DNA of 63,758 nt, the filler included, from Octopus bimaculoides (Eukaryota): the NCBI RefSeq assembly GCF_001194135.2. It is 6 parts of 6 records of this genome, joined end to end, with 100 filler letters (N's around TTAATTAATTAA, not from the genome) between each part and the next. Parts side by side here need not be neighbours in the genome. Positions count along the whole stretch, not along the records: positions 8,330 to 22,000 come from NW_026435474.1; 5 more parts are not named here. One strand, given 5' to 3'. Below, in pieces: positions 11,175 to 21,951 of this stretch; the first letter of the stretch is position 1; the number at the start of each line of letters is the position of its first letter. The notes under the pieces are model-generated. The model did not search any database and was not told the DNA's origin. It worked only from the letters and a program-made list of their open reading frames with translations. The translations under genes were made by a program, and so were the position numbers.

Positions 11175-12660
11175 TTCCATATACATCATTACCATTTAAC
11201 ATTCATGTTCCATGCTAACACGAGTTGGATGGTTTGACAAGATCTGATGGGCCCAAAGACTAAATCATACTCCAGTGTCTTCTTTGGTTTTTATGGCTGG
11301 AGGCCGTTCCCAATGCCAACTACTGTACAGTGTCCTTTTGTCTTGCCACCAGCTCTAGTGAGGTGGTCAAGTAGCTAGATTATGAAACCCAAGGAGGAAG
11401 GAGCTAGGTTTATAGCAGGAAATGAAGGGTTAGAACAGAATAGAAATGGTGGTAGAGTTGATGGGAAGGACAAGAGAGGGATGACATGCAGTTGGGTAGG
11501 CCACAGGAGTTGGGAGAGGAAAGAGACAGGCACAATTCATGAGGAGAGGCAATACGGTGGTTCAGTGGGGGAAGGGGAATGGTTAATGAGTGCAGAGAGG
11601 ACAATATTACTGGATGAAGAATGGCTAACAAGACAAAATATGGTATTTAGAGAGAGATGCAGTAAGAAGAGATGATGGTGGCGTGTGATGAGGAGTTGAT
11701 TGGACAAGGTACTCATTTGCACATGCATGCCCACACACACACACACACACACAGCTTCTAGAAGTCAGTTTTGCCATGGTAGGCAGGTTTTCTTGGAAAA
11801 CATTTATTGCCAAACATACCAGTCTTTTGTCATCTCTTCTGTGGGGCTCATGGTCCTGAGATCAGCCTTCACTACTTTATCCCATGTCTTCTGTGATCTT
11901 TCTCTCTTACAATCTTCAACACTTTTTCATACAAGTGTCCTAATCCATATGCATCAGTCTTCTTTCTTACACTACATTTGATTCCTCTAATGCTTAGTTT
12001 TTCTCTCAGCATATTTAATATTATTCATGCTTACATTCCTTATCCAACAAAGCATGCCTGCTTCATTTCTTTTTTCCAGTTTTCTCAAGTCCTCAGCATT
12101 CATGGCTGAAGTCTCATAGCAAATCAGGCCATTCATTTCTCTGAAGGACCAAGGTCTTTTTTTTCCTACATACTTAAAACCATCTTTGCAAAGTGTACTT
12201 TTAGACCTCTCAAATCTATGCTGAGCTTCACTCTAATTCCCTTATAGATTCAGCAATGAAAACTAAAACACCAACATATACAAGTTCCTATTGACAGCCA
12301 GCTTTAAGCTCCCCAGTGAAAGCCTGTAAGACTATTAGGAACAGGAAGGTCCTGAGCACTGAGTTTTGATGGACTCCCACCTTCACACTAAATTTACCAC
12401 TGAAGTCACCATTAACTCTCGGTCTACTTACTGCATCTTTGTATATAATTTTTTTGTCAATGGCATATGATAGCTGTACAAGTCATGGACAATGTTTCTT
12501 CAGTGACCACCAGATTACTGTAGTCTCTTTGGTGACCAACACATCATTGTATGTGGTACCCATTCAAAGCCCTGCTCTAAGTCAACAAAAGCCATGAATA
12601 TTTCCCCATGGTCCGACATATTTCTGTGAAAAATTGTACTATGGTGATATTCATTTACAG
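11175..12660 (-). mobile_element. 5'-truncated, decayed RTE-clade LINE (RT motifs, ORF end, 3' tail)
   Basis: Translations FMAFVDLEQGFEWVP (RT motif DLEKAFD-like), VKVGVHQNSVL (QGS-like), KTWDKVVKADLRTMS..TKDWYVW ORF end; 3' UTR/tail matches 18650-18750. Confidence 0.85.
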
Positions 12661-12691
12661 CTACCACATGAAATCTGGGAAGGAAACAATA

Positions 12692-12748
<57 letters not shown>

Positions 12749-12942
12749 NNNNNNNNNNNNNNNNNNNNNNNNNNNNNNNNNNNNNNNNNNNNNNNNNNNN
12801 NNNNNNNNNNNNNNNNNNNNNNNNNNNNNNNNNNNNNNNNNNNNNNNNNNNNNNNNNNNNNNNNNNNNNNNNNNNNNNNNNNNNNNNNNNNNNNNNNNNN
12901 NNNNNNNNNNNNNNNNNNNNNNNNNNNNNNNNNNNNNNNNNN

Positions 12943-12991
<49 letters not shown>

Positions 12992-13293
12992 GAGAGAGAG
13001 GGGGGAGAGAAAGAGAGAGAGAGAGAGAATTTTGAAAATGTCTTCACAAGAGTAAATTTATATTAAAACAAAAAAATGAATAATATTCATTGAGAATGTT
13101 ATCATGAATAAAAGAAACAAAGTATTTACATTTTTATCAAAAAGAAAACTACTATTATGTGAGCTGTTACTACCTCAATGACCGAGTAGCAATTAGAAGG
13201 AAATGAATATGAACTTACGCAACTGATATCATGAAAGATTAATGTAACTAAATTTACTTCAATTTATTTTAATTTTAGCAAGACTAAATCATC

Positions 13294-14282
13294 ATTTTCA
13301 AGCAATGGAAACCAGTAGCATGTTTTGATAAACATAATCATATTTTGTTTTATCCATGATAAAGTTCTCCAACCATTTTCTTTTTGTCTTTTCAAATATA
13401 TATGTGTATATATATATGTATATATATATATATATATATACTTCAAATTTACAGAAAAACAAAGGACAAAGATAGGTGTAGGAACAACAAGCAGGTGTAT
13501 TAGTTTGGTGCTTGGGAAAAATAAAAAATGCTCTTCAACATAAAGGAATAAAAGGGAAAAAAATGGAGAGAGAGAATGAGAAAAAAAATGTAAAGAGAAA
13601 ACTGTGTAAATTTCAGCAGCCCAACATGGCGAGATGACTGGAAAAAAGAAAGTTGAATGAAATTGAGATAATAATGGTAATCCCAACAAACTAAGGTGCA
13701 CAAGCGTGTATGTGTGTATGGGAGAATGGTGTGTGAGTGTTCATGTGTGTATGTGTGAAAGGGGGTGAGTATGTGATGTAACGTGTGTGTGTGTTATGTG
13801 TAGCAGTTGATATGTGCTTTTTCAAGTGGTATGTGTGTATGACTGAATAGCGTGTATGTGTGTCTTTGTCCTTCTGTAAATTTGAACTACATATATATTT
13901 GAAAAGACAAAAAGAAAATAGTTGGAGAACTTTATCATGGATAAAACAAAATATGAACATGTTTATCAAAACATTCTACTGGTTTCCATTGCTTGAAAAT
14001 GTTTGTGGGTGAAAATTATCTTGCATGTTATATTAATGCATGGTATGTGTTTATGCATGTTGTGTGTGTGTGTGTGTGTATTGTCTGTGTTCAGGTATTA
14101 TGTGCTTGTGAGCGTGTGGGAGTGTGCATGATGGTGTATGGTGTGTTAAACAGTGTGTGTGGCTGCTCATATAGTGGTTTGTGAGGTGACACTATTGAAG
14201 ATTGTGTGAGTGCATGGATAACGGTGTGTGGTATGGGTGCTGAGAAGTGGTCAGTGCTAGTGAGTGTGGAGTGGGAAGGTGT

Positions 14283-14313
<31 letters not shown>

Positions 14314-14830
14314 ATGTCTGTGTAATGGTGTATGAAATGAGTGATGAGTTGAACAGTATGGTTATGTATAGTGGTGTGTGTGGTGTGGGTACCGAGGTGG
14401 GTGGTATGCAGGTGTGTACATGGAGAGAGCAGTTAACTGTGGGAGGTGTGTGGAAATCCATGTGCGGTTGGTATCAAGAGGAGGTGAGTTGAGCCTATAT
14501 GGTGCAAAGGAACAAAGAGAGGAGGTGGGTTGAGCCCATATGGCACAAAGGCAGTCCAAACATAGATGTTGTAGCATATGACCAGTACAGTGGAAGTGGC
14601 AGAAGATTGGGGTGTCATTGCCAAATCTGATGTTTGAGAGGTACTCTGCAAACCTGTCAGCCAAGTGGAGTCCCATTTGGTCAATGTAAAGGGAAGGTCA
14701 AAGAGAGTAAGAGATGCAGTAAATAACATTACTGGAGGTGCAGGTAAAGGAGTCGGTGACATGATAGGGATGGTGATGGGTGCCTGTAAGGATGGTAGAG
14801 ATGGAAAGGTAGGGGAAGGTGGGACAGTGT
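13294..14830 (-). mobile_element. Decayed Penelope-like element: GIY-YIG fragment (14560-14830) plus terminal-repeat segments forming a long inverted repeat
   Basis: Minus translation TILTGTHHHPYHVTDSFTCTSSNVIYCIS nearly identical to the 48229 ORF; 13294-13471 is inverted relative to 13861-14000; 13470-13560 matches 48985-49040. Confidence 0.85.
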
Positions 14831-14835
14831 GGAAG

Positions 14836-14870
<35 letters not shown>

Positions 14871-15194
14871 CATACATACATACAGCATGCAAGGGGTATT
14901 TGAAGACAATTATCAGTATGTTATTTTCTTTAAATTGAATAAAAGCTTTTCATTTCTTTTAAATCTCCACTAACAGATACAATGTTAACACAAAAAAATT
15001 AAGATTTTTATTGTTGCCATATACACAGCACACACCAATTCAGAAAAATGCCAACTTTCTAAATTTTGCAAGATCTTTTGTACATAAAGTCTAGATATAA
15101 TTGGAAGCCTCTGGCAGGAATGTTTCAATTGTATCAAAAACAAAAACAAAAAAAGAAACATTCTAAATGTCTACACACAATAAGGCTCCGGTCA

Positions 15195-15690
15195 AATCGT
15201 GCATGCCTGTTGGACGATTTGGCAGGGGCCTGCACCAGACTTCTGTGTCTGTCTTAGCAGGGTTTTTGACTGGATGCCCTTCCTAACACTAACTACCCAG
15301 CATAGTGCTCTTTATGTGGCACATACAGCAGGTGAGGTCAGTTTTGGCAAGGTCTTTACAGTAATGACAGATGTCCAAGGTGTGCGATCCAGGCAAAAGA
15401 GCGAATACAATGACTTAGGATGGGATGGGGGTGGGGGACAAGTGTATGATAGCAATCAGAGAGAGGAAATTGCAGGCAGTAACATAAAGGACAATGAGTA
15501 CTATTGGTCAACTGTAGCAACCTATACACAAATGTTGATTGACTAGGATGGTAGGAAAGCAAATGGAAAGTAGGTAAGTCAAGCACCAGTCAAGAGCAGC
15601 ACAAAGGAATGTTGGTAGGAACAATAGCATCCTTAGTTACACTGAGAACCATGTAAGGCAAAGAGAAGGGAGCCACTGTCATCCTCACTC
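15195..15690 (-). mobile_element. RTE LINE 3' end fragment, decayed
   Basis: gactggatgcccttcctaac is the reverse complement of gttaggaagggcatccagc in the family 3' UTR (19985). Confidence 0.65.
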
Positions 15691-15966
15691 ACACTAGAAA
15701 CATTAACTCATGAGATTCAGAAGGGAGTAATTGAGAGCTGAGCAATAGGGGCTTAGGTGTAAGAAGCAAGAGAAACATGGATATTAGTTGACAGGCAACA
15801 GAGAGAGAGAGAGATGAATGATGGGGATGTGTGATGAGAAAGATGTGAAACAGAGAAGTGTGACTGACAGGGTGAGCAAGTGATAAAGATGTTAAGAGAG
15901 AGAGGGAGAGAGAAGATAACAAAAAGGTTAATGATGTAGACATGATGGCAGGCAGGCACATACGCA

Positions 15967-16020
<54 letters not shown>

Positions 16021-17338
16021 CATACACACCCTACAATGTATCATATATACTGTGCTGAGGTTTCTGCTTTTAGGCATATGTTACATATATATTTTTTTTT
16101 TTTCATGCTCCATTGTCATAGAAGTATATACAACTTGTATACTCAAGTGTATACAGTGTGTGTGAATGAGTGTTATACACATACATACATACACACAAAC
16201 GAAAACGTGAGTGTATGCATAGCTGATATGCTTTAGAGATACTTGCATGATCTTAAAAGAGTGCGTGTTGGTGTGGAATATGAAAGACTTAATGCTTGAA
16301 GGTGTTTGCAGTTTAAGAAATGGTTACATGAAGCCAAAAATCTATTTGTAAACATAGCTATGCTCTTACCAACATAAAAGCCAGTGTGTTAAAGAAAAAT
16401 TCAATTTACAGAGGTAACTGAAAGACAGTGCTACAGTTATTAATTTCTGTAAGTAGAATGATTTTTTTTTTCAAAAGCAAACTCATGAAGAGGAGCAAGT
16501 ATTCTAAAAATCAAAATAATACCTATTAGGGATTGTCAATTTAAGATGATTCAGTGGATACAGTGTTGGCCTAGCTCTTCTGAAGCCATGAATTCAATTG
16601 TGTCATTTCAATGTGCTTCTTGACAGACCACTTAATTCTACATTGCTCAATTTCAATTAGCCATCAGAGACATGTAACAGATCATCTGAGAATGTCATTT
16701 GCAATAGATTAGCATAATAAATAGAACTAAGCAGTGGAGGGGGGAAGGAACTTTTTTGTTTTTTTTTAACATTTACAAAATGTTGACAGCAGCAGGCACT
16801 GTACATCAGTTCTGAGACTCTGGAAAACACCTGTACATAGTTTTGTGCAGAATAGAGTTTTTGTGGATCATTCCTTCTATCGGTTAACTCACCAGTTTTG
16901 TCAGTGAACTATCCTAGTGCAATGATAAGGAGCCTAACACCATTAAACAATTATATGCAATCACACCTACACAAGTTATGTAACAGCCACCACCTATTCC
17001 ATTAGACTTTGTTTTGAAAGAGAGGTTATTATCATTTATGCAAAATCCTGCCTTAAGTCTCCAAAGAAAAGGGCAGAGTTAATATCCTTTTCACAAGTTA
17101 ATTCTGAGGAGTTTCTTCAACTGAATATGTATGTGATGTTATGGTCATGGAATTCTGATTCAAAAAGCAAACTGAAATCCTGCACCAGACACTGCAATAT
17201 ATTCTGAAATATCTTCAGAATTGAGCAATGCATAACACAAATAGAGACATTATGTATTAATTCATATAAATATCAATATTTTTGTCTGTGAAGCTAAGTT
17301 AAATTTTTAGATGAAAATTGCATGGGATGCCAGATTAC

Positions 17339-17361
17339 CCTGTCCTTTGCAGTCATTCTAC
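17339..17361 (-). CDS. Candidate 23-nt micro-exon (phase 1-0, (G)RMTAKDR)
   Basis: Acceptor tgtcacctgttgttag, donor GG|GTAATC; in frame with candidates 17443-17449 and 17927-17950. Confidence 0.35.
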
Positions 17362-17442
17362 CTAACAACAGGTGACAATTAAGTAGAAGGGGTAACGAAA
17401 AATTACATTTTAAAACTTATGGTTATATAACAAAATCTTTAC

Positions 17443-17449
17443 CTTTATG
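17443..17449 (-). CDS. Candidate 7-nt micro-exon CATAAAG (phase 0-1)
   Basis: Acceptor atacttttctgcccattgtag, donor AAG|GTAAAG; 81-nt intron to the next candidate. Confidence 0.3.
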
Positions 17450-17926
17450 CTACAATGGGCAGAAAAGTATCCAAGAAAACATATAAACAGCTTTACCAAT
17501 AAAAAAAAAGAGATATCTAGCTAAGGCATAGAGCAAGGATATAAAACTATAGTTAAAAGCTAATGTAAATTTTTTCTTAATTATTTTTGTTTTTACAATA
17601 TACAACTAATATGATAGTCTAAGACAAAAATCTAAATAATAAACTAGTTAAGCATTGGTTTAACTAAAATTGATATGAAACTAGGAATTAAGTACATGCT
17701 TACTAACAGCCACAAATTAGATCTTAACTAAACTAAATCTAGGACATATATAATCTTAATTATATTTGTATTAGTGGAACTAGGATAAAACTGTAATTTA
17801 AGTGCAGTCATTTTCATGCAGATATGAGTGTTTAGGTGTGTTGAGTGGTGTAGTAGGCAGAGAAAGCCGCAAACAACTATCAGACAGCCAGATAAAATAT
17901 TCTAGCTTATCATGATAATAACTTAC

Positions 17927-17950
17927 CACATTTTCAGATTCTTCCTCAGA
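17927..17950 (-). CDS. Candidate 24-nt micro-exon (SEEESENV in phase 0)
   Basis: Strong acceptor ctttaattttattttcag and consensus donor GTG|GTAAGT. Confidence 0.5.
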
Positions 17951-18214
17951 CTGAAAATAAAATTAAAGGCTTTCAACAACTTTCAAAAATAAAATAAAAT
18001 TAAAAAAAAAACAGAATAATCAAGAACCAGTCTCTCGCTTTCTAGTAAACATGAATGTGTGTGTGTGTGTGAGCATGTATGTAGAGTGACAGACAAATAT
18101 ATATAGACATTGATATAAATATACATATACACACACACATATATGTACATATGTATCTATCTATATATATATATATATATATATAAATTTAAGTCCCAAT
18201 GTATGGATTCAAGC

Positions 18215-18750
18215 AATCTGGCAGTACTCGTAAAAGAAGCTCCTTAACATATCATTCTACAAAACCTTAGAACATATATAAATATTGACAAAAGACCGAG
18301 ACCTCTGGAGATATGCTGTGACTGAGAAGACCCGGCAAATAAAGTAAGTTCACAGCTGTAACCTACACCAGTGTCGCATAACCAGCCCACTCAAAAGTAT
18401 CTGGGATCGTAGGGCAACATGCCGTGCTTGAGGAGACCTATTGAGTCAAGTATATCAACATCAAAATCAAGTCAAATTACAATCAAATGGAAATTATAGC
18501 TGTGACCCTCGAGCTGGTGGCACATAAAAAGCACCATCCGATCGTGGTCGATGCCAGCTCCTCTGGCCCCGGTGCTAGTGGCATGTAAAAAGCACCCACT
18601 ACACTCTCGGAGTGGTTGGCGTAAGGAAGCTGTAGAAACTTTGCCAGATCAGATTGGGGCCCGGTGCAGCCTCCTGACTTCTCAAACCCCAGTCAAACCG
18701 TCCAACCCATGCCAACATGGAAAAACGGACGTTAAATGATGATGATGGTG
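18215..18750 (+). mobile_element. 5'-truncated RTE LINE: ORF end, 3' UTR and (GAT)n tail
   Basis: TKDRDLWRYAVTEKTR ORF end; ends cggacgttaaatgatgatgatg. Confidence 0.85.
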
Positions 18751-18959
18751 ATATATATATATATATATATATAGCATGATACAAAAGAAAACAGTAGGAA
18801 GTGTATAAAGTCATGAATGACAAATAGTTTGATGAAAAATTTTAATTAATAAGAAGAAAATTCTAATATCACAGTAAACTGTTTTGTGACTTTAAAACTT
18901 GTAAATAATTTATATTTAATAATAGATAACTTATATGTCTGCATTAATGCAAAAAACTC

Positions 18960-19915
18960 CTTCAAAATGATGCAGAAGTTAAGCTACATCCTCAGGTGAA
19001 AGAAAATCTTTCTTTCACCTGTGGGGAAGAAGTGACAGTGGAGTTGCATAGTACATCTGTGGAGATGTCACACCAATAACCCTGCTATCACACCGAAACT
19101 CGGTCTGTGACACACACAGTGCATTTAATGCAACTTCATGTGGTAATATGCACACTGTATCACCCACTTGATGCTTCAAATGATGATGGTAAATGTGAAG
19201 AAAGTCTTACAATGATAAAAGAAGAACTAACAAAACTGGATCAAAGAGTTAATATACTTCTGATGGGTGACTTCAACAACCTCAGCATCAAATGGCCCGA
19301 AGGCCACATAATCTCAAGAATGAAATGCAAAGAATGTAACCAAGCAGAATCTCTACTTGACCTCACAAAAATGCTGTTCATGGACCAAACCATACTCCCA
19401 CCAACCACAAACAATAACATATTAGACCTCTGCTTCACCAACAATATAGGTCTTATCCACAATGTGAAGATAGCATCAACAATTTTCTCGGACTGGCAGT
19501 GTATGGTCCAAAACCAATTAATGATGTATTCCACACTGACGGCACCCGAACACAGTTGAATCTGAACTTTTACAAGACTGACAGGAAATCAATTGAAAAA
19601 TGGAATTAAAAACTATAACATCTGAACTGAACAGCACTACATAATACCAAAGATACCACCTTCTTTATCTCAGATAAGGACCCAGTATTGCAACAGTTTT
19701 GGTTTCAAGAAACCACAACTGTTTAACATCCTGCCAAGGAGCCTAAGAGATCTGCAAGGTGCAGATGTGGTAAGGTTCAAATTCCAGATGAGCCCACATT
19801 ACTGCAGATCGCAGCTTCATCCAACTTGCTTCTTCACCTAAACCAATACTGAAAGGAAACCCAAAAACACTGAAAGGTATGGCCCCAGCCTCTGGCTGAA
19901 ACCAGTAAAGGAATA
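18960..19915 (+). mobile_element. Internally deleted CR1/L2-like LINE: AP-endonuclease fragment joined to ORF2 C-terminus
   Basis: ORF 19107-19559 has LLMGDFN and PT..NILDLCFTN..FSD endonuclease motifs; 19670-19830 encodes NSFGFKKPQLFNILPRSLRDL...PDEP; RT core absent. Confidence 0.85.
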
Positions 19916-19964
19916 CAAGAAAAGAATATATACAAATACACACAAACATATATATATATATCTA

Positions 19965-20294
19965 CACTCTCTGAGTGGTTGGCGTTAGGAAGGGCATCCA
20001 GCTGTAGAAACTCTGCCAAATCAGACTGGAGCCTGGTGTTGCCATCCGGTTTCACCAGTCCTCAGTCAAATCGTCCAACCCATGCTAGCATGGAAAGCGG
20101 ACGTTAAACGATGATGATGATGATGATGATGATATATATATATATATATATATTTATTTATTTTTTTTTTATTTATGTGTTTCAGATGTAAATATGTACA
20201 TATATATCAGATTGGAGCCTGGTGTAGCCATCTGGATCACCAGTCCTCAGTCAAATCATCCAACCCATGCTAGCATGGAAAGCAGACATTAAAC

Positions 20295-20325
<31 letters not shown>
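19965..20325 (+). mobile_element. Two tandem RTE 3'-tail copies (19965-20135 and 20208-20325) with (GAT)n tails
   Basis: cagtcctcagtcaaatc.tccaacccatgctagcatggaaagc.gac.ttaaacgatgatg occurs twice. Confidence 0.9.
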
Positions 20326-20327
<2 letters not shown>

Positions 20328-20358
20328 ACATATATATAAATATAAATATATACATATA

Positions 20359-21951
20359 CCGTAAAAATCCATGTAACTTATGCACTTTTTTTCGCAAAAA
20401 CAAAAATAAACTTTAGGAGGTGCGTAAATTACATGAGTAGATTGTTTCCAGAATTTTTTAGAAATTTTTTTTGTTGAAAAATGATGTACAAATTTAAACA
20501 TTTGTACCGGACGTTGACTCATTTAATGCCCAAATAGGTTTTTACAGAAAAAATATAATAAAGATGACTTTTATTTATGCTGGACGGTATAATGCTTACT
20601 TTTTTCTGTATAAGTTTACTAAAACCATTAAATGGTTGACTACTTTTGAAGTTTGACGTTCATGCTGATAATCACGGTCTGGGCCATATTTTACGTTGCT
20701 TGCGAGTTTCTACCTATCGCAATGGAACCCAGCAATTTCCTTCAACAAATCAGTTTTTCTCCGCTTAAGAAATCTAGCTTGCGTTTGCCTCCAGGAAACT
20801 ATTGCTTGCTTTCTCCACATTAGGACAATGAAATTCATCACTGCTGACATCGCCATTACCAGCTCTTACTGCATCTAACATCGACGCCAACATCATAATT
20901 CATCCTTGCACATGTAAACTCACTAAGTGAATATGACTTAGCATTCCTAAAGAAAACTTCATTTACCTTATATGGTGTTTAATGTCATTTCGCATTCATG
21001 TTGAATTATGCAACAGTCTTATGTTCTCTTCATAGAACACTTGTAATGTATGTATTACTAGTTCTTTTGGTATAGTAGATTTTTGCTATTCTTGTTTATG
21101 TCTCCTTACAGACATGTATAGTCTAACAAGTCGTTTCTTAAATTTCGTACCTTTCTTGTTCAATAAACACTGAGTTAAACTTGCAAAGCTGTTTATTTTC
21201 TCCTTTTGATTTTTAATGTTTATATAAGTGGGTTACCAAACTATCAGTTTGTTCTTCCGGCTAAAATGCTAATGTCAAATTTTTAAGTTTGCTTGACATT
21301 TTATAAGTGTGAAAGGGATTAAAATTTTGATACTCCTTATCAAAGGTTCCAACAAAAATAGGCAGAAAATCAGAGCTTGAGACAAGACACTTTCGACCAA
21401 TCAGAATTCCGTTTACATAATCAGTTTGATCAGTGACTTTCCTAGTCGGTTGAGTAAAGTGATATCCAAGCTGATGTTTATTGGTAATTAAACTTATTTT
21501 GCAATACTTGTGCAGATTTATCAGCTTTGTTTTTGTTGATAAGAATTATCAACAACTTTTCCTGTGATCATGATTTAAGAAGAAGACATACAGAAGTATG
21601 CTAAAGATCAGACATAATCTCTTGTGGGCAAGAAATGTAAAATATAGTTTATTATAAACAACACAAACACTTCATAATTTAATACCATTCAATGTGATCC
21701 CTGTTAAACACAACTTATTTTTATTTTATGAAAATTTAATAAAATCTAATCATAAGTAAGTGATATTATGCTAAGTGCAACTAAATTAAAAACCTTTCCC
21801 CCTGGCCAAATTGGTAATTCCGAAAACTCTTGGATGCAAATTTTACATGAGTAGAAGCTTTTTTTTTTTTTTTAACAATTTTTATGCTGAAAAGCCCCTG
21901 CAATTTGTGCACCTGCATACACAAGTGCACAAATTACATGGGTTTTTACAG
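20359..21951 (-). mobile_element. Non-autonomous Tc1/mariner-superfamily (pogo/Tigger-like) DNA transposon, 1593 bp
   Basis: TA|ccgtaaaaatccatgtaacttatgcactt versus right-end reverse complement TA|ctgtaaaaacccatgtaatttgtgcactt; TA flanks at 20357-20358 and 21952-21953; subterminal internal repeats; no intact transposase. Confidence 0.8.

Noticed and set aside
11380-11760. Purine-rich ORFs 11382-11675 and similar 15356-15960
   Set aside because: GA-rich low-complexity DNA within or beside decayed RTE copies; no motifs
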